Source of the DNA: Camelus ferus
Lineage: Eukaryota
NCBI RefSeq assembly: GCF_009834535.1
Contig: NC_045696.1
Coordinates: 13,952,001-14,016,000 of the forward strand
Direction: 5' to 3'
Length of the DNA: 64,000 nucleotides
Every line of letters begins with the position of its first letter. Positions within the stretch are counted from its first letter, which is position 1. The notes under the pieces are model-generated. The model did not search any database and had not been told where the DNA came from. It saw nothing but the letters and a program-made list of their open reading frames with translations. A program made the translations under genes and the position numbers. Shown here one piece after another: positions 12,547 through 23,433 of this stretch.

Positions 12547-14951
12547 ATTTTATCTTTGATGCTGAACTTTTTAAGGGATTTTATAGTTGACATTGTCAGA
12601 TAGAGGAGCATGAACTTTCAATAGCTTTACTTGGATTCTTCGGACTGGATGAAGAAATCAACTTACTATTGGAATCAATTCATTTTTCTATTTGAAGCAC
12701 TTGATAATACTGACATATTACTGGCTTCATTAATCCTTAGTGACGTTTTTCTTCTGCTAATGGAGGATCATATCATTAGCTACCGTTAATTTCTCTTTTT
12801 CCTGCACAAGAAAACTTAGGATTTAACATGAGTGAAAATGATTTAGAATAGTTATTTGACCTAAATTAAATGTATGCACCAGAGTGATATATTAACACAT
12901 CTTTTGCAGCTGCTAATGATAAATAATCATCTTTGGAAGTAATTATCTTACAATTTATCTTTTGGAATAGATACCAATGCTTCTTTAGCAAAACTGTCTC
13001 TTTTACTTTTTATGTCATAAGTGATATTTCTGACCCCCACAGTAGATGGGAAATGTCATCAAATTGTTGTACAAGTTATACATCCACCATCAACTTTCTT
13101 TAGTAATAGAAATTCAGTATTCATTTTTTTTCATTGAATGTGAGCTTTTGGTTTTATCTCACTGCCCCTAAAAATATTTTTTCTTGCAAAATTTAAAGAA
13201 GGTAAGATGTTCCCAAACAATAAAATAAATGATTGTAGATTTAAATGATACAATATGTGGCTAAGCCCCAGTAGCAAAAGCATTTAGATTATTTTTTATA
13301 TGCTGTGTGCCACCCTCAATTTTATGCCCGTATTTCATGTACACCTTATCACTAATTCTAAATTCCCCTCTACCTCCACCTACTGGTAGCTTGGTGTATA
13401 TTACAGCTTCTTGCAGGCTGTGAAAAGAGCCATCGCGGTACTGGCTAAATTAGAACAAATGACCTTCCACCAAGATTTGAAGTGTGAACTGTCCTACCAC
13501 TTGCATGTGAGTGTGATTTGTTTTTCAGTGATCCCTCTGCAATAAGAGTGGTAGTTCTATTTTGTTCAAGAAGGATGAGCAAAGAAAGGATAGGGTACGG
13601 CTTGTCTTCTTTCAGATTTAACACTGGTTAGAGACTCTGTTCACTGTACGAGTTTCATCCTCCACGAGATGAAAGAGTAGCAAAAGCAAAGTGGAGGTTT
13701 TCCTAAACCAGTCCACACTTATGTTAATTCAATTATTCATTACAAGTAAAAATCTAAGACGATTACCAAATGGACTGGACGCTGAGACAAATGGAATAAA
13801 CCAAGACATATGGTTACCCTGCGGGGAAGAATCTAGGTCATCTGTATCTTTAGTAACGTTGTCCTTGACTTAATGGTTAAAAGTTTGTAGTATAACTGCT
13901 GATTCAAGGGTTATCAGCTGCCTAAATATTTAGTTGAATCTTGTAACAAGAAAATATTTGCACTATTTTTGAGTTTATTTTCTTTTTTTTCCCCCCTAAA
14001 CTATTGCTGTCAACAGAACAACTGAAAAAATAGAAGCAATTGGAACTTCATCAAATGTATGCAACAAATTATATGGAAAATGTTGGGCCTACTTGCTAAT
14101 AAGTGTTGGAGAGTGTTAGATATTTCATTTATAAATCAATTAGAAATTTAATTTGATTTCTTATATGACAGTAAACCTGAAGGAGCTGGAATTCTCACCA
14201 AATCTAACTCTCTAATTTCTTACTGAATATCCTCATTCCAAATTCTCAAATATTTTAGGATATATTTTATGGGTAATCTTCCTTCCAAACTTACGTGATG
14301 TAATCAATTTAATATATCTTACAATTTATAATTATTTTATATAAACATATTCTAATTTCCAATTCCCTACAGAACAAAAGACCATAGTTAAAATTTATTT
14401 TTAGCTTTTATCATATGAAGGTATTAACAGATGGAGTAAACATGAAAGATGAAATAATTTCTTCCAAACCTAAATGACACCAAAGAATTTTACTTTTTAA
14501 ATAATTTTTTTCCAGTGATGAATACAAGATATGGAAATATCTAGCCAGATATTTAGAAGTCATTTTGAAGACACAGAGAAAACAAAATGATATTAAAGCA
14601 AATATGTGGATGTCATATAACATATTTTTATTTAAACTTACATTTTTTTCTACTAGTAAAATTTGAAATAGAGGCATTAGGGGAAATAAGTAGGAGAAAG
14701 AAATAGGAAATAAATGTGCTTCAATATCACATATCTGTGTAAATACAAGGAAGAAGTTTTGGCATCTTTCTTTACTGATTGCATTTCCAGTTACTGGTAT
14801 TCAAATTATTCCCAATCCATAGTAGATAACAGTAGAAGTCAAATTTGTAAGCTAACGGTAGGACAGGAGACCAATAGATAGTATAGATCTTGATATAGGA
14901 GATATTGCATCAAATTTCTAGATATAGTAGGTGTTGCGTTCAAGCATAAGA

Positions 14952-15458
14952 TTAGTAGAAGCCAGATCTAAAGGTTGGTTGGAAAGAAGCAGACTGGCAG
15001 CTCCTAGAAGAGAAGTAGGTTGGACTGTCAAAGCTAGATCTACATCTTACAGATGAGAAAGCCCTGGGGCCACAACCCACTGATTGGAAACCACTGGATC
15101 CAAAGCCCAGAGATGGGAAGCCACAACCAAAAGATTGAAAACCTCTGGAGCCAAAGCCCAGAGACCCAGAGTAAGTCGTCTGGCAGGGACGGGAGAGCGT
15201 GGAGGTCCTCCGGCGGTAGCAGGATGACTGGCAGGGACTGGACTCCACCTGGAACGCCTGGCCCCTGATAGGCTCAGAGCAGATCTCCTGACAGCCACTG
15301 TGGAGAGAGGAGACCTGCTGGCAGGTGCTCGGAGAGCAGAGGTCCGTGGTGTAGACCAGGTTGCTGGGGTAGGAAGAGCCACAGGAGGAGCCTGGGTAGC
15401 GCAACTGGCCCCTAAAGGAGCGAGAGGAGAAGTTTCCAGAGCAGCAGTTGTAGGACAT
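14952..15458 (-). CDS. KRTAP14: KRTAP14-like (PMG1-type) keratin-associated protein, 168 aa
   Basis: KAP13-like N-terminus. C-terminal [33 protein letters not shown] matches my recall of mouse Krtap14/Pmg1. Head-to-head with KRTAP15, as known for Pmg1/Pmg2. TATA at 15536-15543. Confidence 0.85.
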   Translation of the reverse strand: MSYNCCSGNFSSRSFRGQLRYPGSSCGSSYPSNLVYTTDLCSPSTCQQVSSLHSGCQEICSEPIRGQAFQVESSPCQSSCYRRRTSTLSRPCQTTYSGSLGFGSRGFQSFGCGFPSLGFGSSGFQSVGCGPRAFSSVRCRSSFDSPTYFSSRSCQSASFQPTFRSGFY

Positions 15459-15535
15459 GGTGACAGGAGGTGTGAGTTCAGCTGAGTTACAGTGAGAAGA
15501 ATCTGAGTTTGAATGTCACTTCTTGGACTGGGATG

Positions 15536-15543
15536 TTTATATA
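15536..15543 (-). promoter_or_regulatory. TATA box of KRTAP14-like
   Basis: GAGTATATAAA on the minus strand, ~80 bp upstream of the ATG. Confidence 0.85.
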
Positions 15544-16814
15544 CTCTTTCACTGGGGATGTCATCCCCGTGGCTCATAAAAACAAGTTATCTTCCTCTTT
15601 TTAATTGAATTGAAGAGAGCAGCATAGTTATGCATACTTAGTTTCTGTGGTTTTATAACTGGAAGGTGCAGTCATGTTTGTGCCTTGGAATTCAGGTAAT
15701 AGTGTTGAATCTTCAAAGCTGTTAGTCATCTTTCTCTACCAGAGGTCACCGAGCAGATCACTCAGAGAGCTACATTAGAGGTAGACAATGTCTGGGCTGA
15801 GGGAAGCTGGCTTAATTAAAAATAATTGATATCTCTTTCACAATCTGTCTCAAAATTATTGCCACCTGGATAGCAAACTTGCTAACTCACTGATCTACTC
15901 ATCGTCATTTCTTTTAAACAAAAAACATGCATTGATTGTTACCAAGAAGTGGCAAGTTTACCTAATGGATAGAGCTATCAGGAAGCAACAATGGTAACAT
16001 GCAAGATGCTTGAGGATTTCTTAAATCAGATCTCAATTTTAAGGGCTTTAATGAAATAGTAACTGAGAGATTCCTTTATTTTCTGATGCTCCTGCTTAAA
16101 ACCGTGTGCAAACTAAGAGTCAGTCTTAGCTTTTCTCTCCCTTGTATGTATGTGTTTATTGTGGAATGAGTTAAATATTATAAATTGCTTTATGTTATTT
16201 TGGAATGTAAGAGGTTATTCATCTAAGATTCTAGGGAAAAACATGAAAAATAAGAACAAAACGTATGGCAAAAATGCCCAGTGTATTTCTCTCTTTAATC
16301 AGAGGCAAAGTTTACTACTAAAAGAATTTTCCAGAATCTGGAAAATGCCTTTGTTCTAAAGAAAGTTTATGAAGTAATTGCCTTGAGTTTTTGGACCAAA
16401 AGAACCATCTTAAGGAGATTATTCATTTGCCTCAGAAAGCAAGATACATCGCTTTGACTTTAATTGTTTTCAAGTGTTTCTGACAAATATTACAATATTT
16501 TAAAAATAAAGGTAATTTTGGGTTGTATTATTCCACCTCTTGGTGGTGAGGTAATGAAGATTGACACCTTGAAGAAGAGGAGAGATTGAGAAGGTTTATC
16601 TCTCTGTGGCTTCTGTGCTGTTTGATTTATTCATTTCATAGAAAAACATTTCCCTTCCACTTCTGAACAAATGCATTTGGGTGCAAAAGCCTCCATTTTG
16701 TGGAGAAAAGAATGTTCAAAATTACTTAATATCTGATTTCATAGAATAGTCTTCCACAGAAATAGCTTATATAAGAGTGGATGACTAGATAGGCAAACAC
16801 ATTCAATTTAGATG

Positions 16815-17050
16815 AGTTAAATATTTATATTGGCAAATATGAACTACTGTATATAAAAATAGATAAAAATAAATTTCTTCTGTATACCACAGGGAACTAT
16901 AATTTAATATATTGTAATAATCTTTAATGAAAAAGAATATGAAAATGAATATACGTGTGTGTATGTATGACTGGGACATTATGCTGAACACCAGAAACTG
17001 ACACATTGTAACTGACTATACTTCAATAAAAAAGTAAAAAATAAAAATAA
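16815..17050 (+). mobile_element. 5'-truncated L1 3' end with A-rich tail
   Basis: ctgtataccacagggaactat...caccagaaactgacacattgtaactgactatacttcaataaaaaa, a laurasiatherian-type L1 3' UTR. Confidence 0.8.
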
Positions 17051-17544
17051 ACATGTTAGACACTCATTTAACATCTCTACCAATTAGGGATTGTGAGTGG
17101 GTTATTTTGTCTATAAGGTCTACAAGATTCAGGAGATGGAACAGATATTGAGATATTGCTTGTTTTCTGTTCTACATTATGCTCCTAAACTTGGAACAAA
17201 ATAAGTGTCCCCCCTCGAGACTACAAAATATTCTTCAGAGCTTTTAAACACAACAGAATCCTCACTTTGCTACCCGTTCAATAGAAGGCCTTGAAGGACA
17301 GGATGAATGAAACACCAGACTCGTGGGTACAATTATGCTTCACCTACAGTCATCTCCCCAAGCCAGATGAATGAGAAATGACATTTTTGCTTCATGAACA
17401 ATTGCTTTGAAAAACTAATGAAATTCATTTAAAAGTCTGCATTCATAAAAAGGGTCTTTGAAGGTTAATGTATTTCATTTTGGCTGGAGCCTAATGAAGC
17501 ATTCTTATTCAAATGGGCACATGCTGTTACAGCCACCGCTGGAG

Positions 17545-17551
17545 TATATAA
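17545..17551 (+). promoter_or_regulatory. TATA box of KRTAP15-like
   Basis: GAGTATATAAG; TATA starts 83 bp upstream of the ATG at 17628. Confidence 0.8.
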
Positions 17552-17627
17552 GTGTTGAGTGTAGGAGGTAACGTTCACACTCACAACATCCGCCTGCAAC
17601 TCAGCTGAACTGAGAACTCCTGACAGC

Positions 17628-17975
17628 ATGTCTTTCAACCGCAGATTTGGAAACTCCTCCTCCCGCTCTCTCGGAGGTTACCTGGGGTGCCCAGTTTCTC
17701 CCTATAGTTCTTTCTACCCCAACATGTTCCAGCTGGGCTCCTCTCTCCCAGGTGGCTCTCGGGAGACCATCTTTGAGCCCACCAGCTACCAGAATCCCTT
17801 TACCGTGACTAGATCCTGCCGGACGTCCCGCTTCCGCCCAGAGAACTTTATCTTCCGCGGTCCCTGCCAAACAAATTGCACCGGATCTCTAGGATTTGGA
17901 AATACCAGCTTTGGGTCTTTCGGTTATAGAAATCCTGCATTCCAGTCTCTGGGCTGTGGATACAACTTCTGCTGA
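17628..17975 (+). CDS. KRTAP15-1: KRTAP15-1-like (PMG2-type) protein, truncated at 115 aa; possibly a pseudogene
   Basis: YLGCPVSPYSSFYP...QLGSSL...EPTS...PCQTN..GSLGFGNTSFGSFG..FQSLGCG resembles KAP15-1. Homology continues in frame past the TGA (PTYFSSMSFHSSRYQ). AATAAA at 18368-18373. Confidence 0.8.
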   Translation: MSFNRRFGNSSSRSLGGYLGCPVSPYSSFYPNMFQLGSSLPGGSRETIFEPTSYQNPFTVTRSCRTSRFRPENFIFRGPCQTNCTGSLGFGNTSFGSFGYRNPAFQSLGCGYNFC

Positions 17976-18726
17976 CCAACTTACTTTTCTTCCATGAGTT
18001 TCCACTCATCACGTTACCAACTAGCCTTTAGCTCTCGCTCTTCTTAGATCAACTTACTGAATATCTCCCATGACCTCATGGTTATGTCCACACTTTGTGA
18101 AACTTTTTAACACTCAGCCTCCTCAACATTTATGATTACTGACCGTCTTCATCACCAAGACTCACCATCACAGTCCTCCTGGAAGTATATGATTCACCAT
18201 GGACAGAGTGGCCTGTGACCTTTTCTAAATCAGACATATGAGATATACCTTGACCTCATTCCTATGCCAATGCTCAAAATCACTTCTGTTACTATTTAAG
18301 ATTCCTCTCCTATTTTTCTCCTAAGATTCTTTCACTTAACTGTATTTCAAATGGATATGGCATTTAAAATAAACTTATTTATTTAGCATAAATTATGGTA
18401 TTCCATTTTCTTTTATTCACATGGTACATTTAGTGACTGCATCCAATACCTTCAACTGTCTTAATTTGGTAAACATTTTGTTGTTGTTGTTTTCTTTGTT
18501 TCATTTATATTTTGCTGGGTAGAAAAGGGAAGTTTAGAGAATCCAAATAGATGGCGTATCTCATGTCTTAAGAGATTTATAGCCCCTTCTAGGTGAATTT
18601 GTTTATTATTGCTTTAGAAAATTTTGTCTTTAGGTGGGTATTCATTGAAAAATGTTTACTGAGTTCTGATTATAGACCAGACATTGTGCTGAGTAAAGAC
18701 ATAAATTCCTTGCCTTCATGGAGTTC

Positions 18727-18747
18727 ACACACACACACACACACACA
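18727..18747 (+). repeat. (CA)n microsatellite
   Basis: Direct reading. Confidence 0.95.
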
Positions 18748-18919
18748 ATTTTAACTCACTGTCATGTAGCAAGTGTAATAATGGTGATAAAAACGATTCA
18801 ATGGGAACACAAAGAACAAGGGCTTCAAAAAAGAGTTAAGGATACCACTTGAAACTTATTGACAATAGTAGGAGTGAATTACCACTTCATATAAAAAAGT
18901 AATCTTGCTGATCTAATGT

Positions 18920-19340
18920 GTTAGTTGCAGTCCTTTGAGAAATAGCTGCCAACTAGGATATAACATGAAAGATATTTGTTGGGGAAAATACCTGTCAGTG
19001 AAAATGGTGAGGTAGCTGGAGAATTATGGGAGAGCCATCAGACAACGATGCAGGTCTGAACTCAGTGAAGGAGAGAGGGAGGGAAGGAAGGAAGGAAGGA
19101 AGGAATGAGGGAAAGAGGGAAAGAAGGTTGGTTGTGTTAGAATAATCTTCAGGGACGTTCCAAGACAGTTTTGGTAAGTCACCCATTGAAGGAGTCCCTC
19201 GTGTCATGAAGACAGACCTGCCTGAGTATCAGTCACTGACAAGGCACAACATGACCTTGGCATAAATGTGATGGTAGCTTGAAAGACTGGGAGCTGCAGC
19301 CCTGTCCTTTATGTTCCCTGCAGAGGGAGATTTGAGAGCT
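18920..19340 (+). mobile_element. MaLR (MLT1-like) LTR containing a (GGAA)n tract
   Basis: atttgttggggaaaatacctgt...gagagccatcagacaacgatgcaggtctga...gtgaaggagagagggagggaagg MLT1 motif; limits approximate. Confidence 0.6.
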
Positions 19341-20911
19341 ACATTTTCATAGCTTCCATGCTCATGAAATATATTCTGATTTCAAGTAAGCTGATATACT
19401 GATAAATAGTGAAATAATAAATGAAAATAGACTTTTCCGTGAATTAAGGTCAATATACTTTATTTTACTTTCATTGATCAAGAAACAAATTGTTGTATCA
19501 GACTCACTCAGTGAAAGTCTAACCTTACAACTGAACGTGAGAAAGAATCGAGAACTATTGGGTAGCCATCTTTGATTTTAAGTGTAACGGATGTATTGGA
19601 CCCACGAGGGCAAAATTAGGAAGTTGCTGCACTTTTCTCCTGCTACTGAACTTCACAGTTGACCTGAAGGTTCTTACTTCCCTGAATTTCTGAGCAATAC
19701 CATGGGCAAGATCTATGATCACACTAAGATACTAAGAGACATTTTCATTTCATATTAGGAGTTAAGTCCAACCCAGTATAAATTAAAAACCAGTCATCTA
19801 GCCATACTAAAGTTTCTTCCTTTTCCCTCTGTTCAAGGCTGGTCATGTTATTCCATAGGTCACCAGTGGCTTAGAGGGGCCTGATCATTTTATTCACCCT
19901 CCTTGTGTTCCATCAATGTTCTGCTCCTGGCTTCTTCTATTCAAATCCAAAGAGAACCAGGGTTGGGAGGAAAGAGAATGATGACTGGGGCCACCTGTCT
20001 CATCTGACAGCTTTAGACCACCTGAGTCAACATGAATTGGTTGTTTCAGGAGACTTTTCCTGGGATAAGGTGAGATTAAAGCAATAAATCATTTCACTGT
20101 ATGCTTCGGGAAACTCCTATAGATTAACTTATTGGATATAATAGTCTGCAGACCTGAAAAACACCTCCCTAATTAAGCAACGGTTAACTTATCCAGAGGC
20201 TCCATGTCAGTACCCTCTCTTTGCTTTGCCCATTGATTCTAAACTATCAGGTAATAAATTTGCGCAGTCCCAATCAATTGTATGACTTGAAGCCATTTGA
20301 CCTCAGGACCTCACTTCTAACACCTGATTTTTGGAGACACAGCTAAATCTTTGGATGCAGTGGTACTTCCCCTCAATGCTGGAAGTTTGGATATCCTTCA
20401 TTTTGCTTCATTAACAGATTGTCTGGTGATATTCTGAGGTGTTTAAAAGGCACATAGAAAGTCTTTTCACTGAGCTAGTCATAAGTGCTACCAGTGGTTC
20501 TTTGCTGATGAGTATCCTCTCTTATCACCCATGTCTGAATACTGGCTCTTTTCTGGTGGAAATGGAGGTATGTTTTCCAGAAACTACCTTCTTACCTCTC
20601 TGGCTCACTTCCTGGGACCATCTACCCTGAACCATTGCCCTGACAGCACACACTTTTAGAACCTCTCCTTAGCTCCTCACCCTCAGTGTCGCCCACCACT
20701 TAGCCCTATATCCTACCCAGCTCTCTTTAGCTGGCATCTATCTGCTCTGGAGATGACTCTCTTAGCCCAGAGGACACACACACACCCTACACTATTCATG
20801 GAAGCAGAGTCTGAAAGAATGCTTCAGAGGGGCAGAATTTCTTGTTTCTGAGAAATCTCTGTTTTTGGTCTTAAGGTCTTAATTTACTGAATAAGCCCCT
20901 CCAACATTCTT

Positions 20912-21402
20912 TTTTTTAACATTTTTTTATTGAGTTATAGTCATTTTACAATGTTGTGTCAAACTCCAGTCTAGAGCACAATTTTTCAGTTATACATGAA
21001 CATATATATATTCATTGTCACTTTTTTTTTCACTGTGAGCTACCACAGGGTCTTGTATATATTTCCCTGTGCTATAATGTATAATCTTGTTTATCTATTC
21101 TACATATGCCTGTCAGTATCTACAAATTTTGAACTCCCTATCTATCCCTTCCCCCTACCCTTGGCAACCACAAGTTTGTATTCTGTGTCTATGACTCTGT
21201 TTCTGTTTTGTATTTATGTTCTTTTTTTTTTTTTTTTTTTGATTCCACATATGAGTGATCTCATATGGTATTTTTTTTTCTCTTTCTGGCTTACTTCACT
21301 TAGAATGACATTCTCCAGAAACATCCATGTTGCTGAAAATGGCATTATGTTGTCAGTTTTTATGGTTGAATAATATTCCATTGTATAAATATACCTCATC
21401 TT
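20912..21402 (-). mobile_element. Young L1, 3'-terminal ~490 bp
   Basis: Poly-T then L1 3' UTR and ORF2 end (MEYYSTIKTDNIMPFSATWMFLENVILSEVSQKEK). Confidence 0.93.
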
Positions 21403-22501
21403 TTTGTTAACTTTTTTTTTATTGAGTTATAGTCATTTTACAATGTTGTGTCAAATTCCAGTCTAGAGCACAATTTTTCAATTATACATGAACATACATA
21501 TATTCATTGTCACATTTTTTTTCACTGTGAGCTACCATATCTTGTATATATTTCCCTGTGCTATACAGTATAATCTTGTTTATCTATTCTACGTTTTGAA
21601 ATCCCAGTCTATCCCTTCCCACCCTCTGCCCCCTTGGCAACCACACGTTTGTATTCTACATCTATGAGTCTGTTTCTGTTTTGTATTTATATTTTGTTTG
21701 TTTGTTTTTTAGATTCCACATATGAGCGATCTCATATGGTATTTTTCTTTCTCTTTCTGGCTTACTTCACTTAGAATGACATTCTCCAGGAACATCCATG
21801 TTGCTGCAAATGGTGTTATGTTGTCAGTTTTTATGGCTGAGTAGTATTCCATTGTATAAATATACCACTTCTTCTTTATCCAGTCATCCATTGATGGACA
21901 TTTAGGCTGTTTCCATGTCTTGGCTATTGTAAATAGTTCTGCTATGAACATTGGGTGCAGGTGTCATCCTGAAGTAGGGTTCCTTCTGGATATATGCCCA
22001 GGAGCAGGACTCCTGGGTCATATGGTAAGTCTTTTGAGGAATCTCCATACTGTTTTCCACAGTGGCTGCACCAAACTGCATTCCTACCAGCAGTGTAAGA
22101 GGGTTCCCTTTTCTCCACAGCCTCTCCAGCATTTGTCATTTGTGGAGTTTTGAATGATGGCCATTCTGACTGGTGTGAGGTGATAACCTCATTGTAGTTT
22201 TGATTTGCATTTCTCTGATAATTAGTGATATTGAGCATTTTTTCATGTGCCTATTGATCATTTGTATGTCTTCCTTGGAGAACTGCTTGTTTAGGTCTTC
22301 TGCCCATTTTTGGATTGGGTTGTTTGTTTTTTTCTCATTAAGTCAAATGAGCTGCTTGTATATTCTGGAGATCAAGCCTTCATCGGTTTCATCATTTGCA
22401 AAAATTTTCTCCCATTCCGTAGGTTGTCGTTTTGTTTTACTTATGGCTTCCTTTGCTGAGCAGAAGCTTGTAAGTTTAATTAGGTCCCATTTGTTTATTC
22501 T
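21403..22501 (-). mobile_element. Young L1, 3'-terminal ~1.1 kb (ORF2 C-terminus plus 3' UTR)
   Basis: [39 protein letters not shown] is the L1 ORF2p C-terminus; frameshifted and 5'-truncated. Confidence 0.95.
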
Positions 22502-23204
22502 TGAGAGCAATCTCCTTTACTTAAAGTCAACTGACTGTCAACAACATCTACAAAATGCCTTTACAACAACAGCAAGACTAGTATTTGACCAAACAGCTGG
22601 GCACCATAGCCTAGCCAAGCTGACACAGAAAATTAACCATCACAGGCTCCATTGTTCTCGAAATTCTGGGCTGATAGTTTCTATTTCATTAAAAAATATG
22701 CTATACTTTAAATTACTGCACAAGACTTAAAGCAGGAGTAAATTAAAATTTTACATATAGTAATCTTCCTCTCAGGTTGTTAAATTATTCTCTTACTTTT
22801 TTATGATGGTTTTCTCAGATTCTTATGTCCAATTCATAAGAGAGATTTCTAGCACAATTTCACAACTGCTCACTGGAATAACTAAACCTCTTAATGAAAT
22901 GTCTGTGTATTCTTTTCTGCCTACAAGCCATCTGTACTCTTTAGCACAATTGTGCTAAGAACACAACTCTGTTCCCAGCTGTGCACAAGAGACTTATTAG
23001 AGCAGAGGGCGATGTTCAGAGAATTTATTTCCAAGATCATTTTTAATCGATTTGTCCATCTTATGCTATTTCTGTCATCACATTTCTCATGTTGGCTTTA
23101 TTCCTTTGCCTTTGTCATGCTCCCCCATTGTTTGCCATGCCCTTCTTTTATCATTTGCTACCTTTCTGCTTTGTTTTCTGTGCTTTGTGCAAGTGTTTCA
23201 TTCT

Positions 23205-23433
23205 CCACGGTTTCCATAACTCCTGGCACTGTCAACATTTGAGTTGCACGCTACTTTGTCAGGATAGAGCTGTGTTGTGCATTGTATGGTGGTTAGTAGC
23301 CTCCCTGGTTTCTTCCACTAGGTGCCAGTAGCACTAACGCCCCTCCTCCACCCTGGCTGTGACACTCAAATAGGTCTTCAGATATTGCCAAATGCTGTCT
23401 GGAAGTAAAATTATTTCCTGTCTAGAGCCACTT
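23205..23433 (+). mobile_element. MER20-like hAT DNA transposon
   Basis: ggcactgtcaacattt...ctgtgttgtgcattgta...ccactaggtgccagtagcac...gtgaca...cagatattgccaaatg...agagccact. Confidence 0.8.

Larger units (their letters stand above)
20800..22644 (+). mobile_element. MLT2-like LTR remnant split by an L1 insertion (host pieces ~20800-20911 and ~22497-22644)
   Basis: Left: gaagcagagtctg...gcagaatttctt...taaggtctt...actgaataagccctccaacatt. Right: gcaatctcctttacttaaagtcaactga...gggcaccatagcctagccaagctgacacagaaaattaaccatcaca, an MLT2 terminus. Confidence 0.75.

Noticed and set aside
19800..20650. Possible ERVL internal remnants (also ~40870-41420 and ~45480-45830)
   Set aside because: Composition is suggestive, but I could not recognise any retroviral protein motif; needs a Dfam search.
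22200..22730. 176-aa and 151-aa (48792..49247) hydrophobic ORFs
   Set aside because: Antisense reading of L1 ORF2 remnants; not genes.
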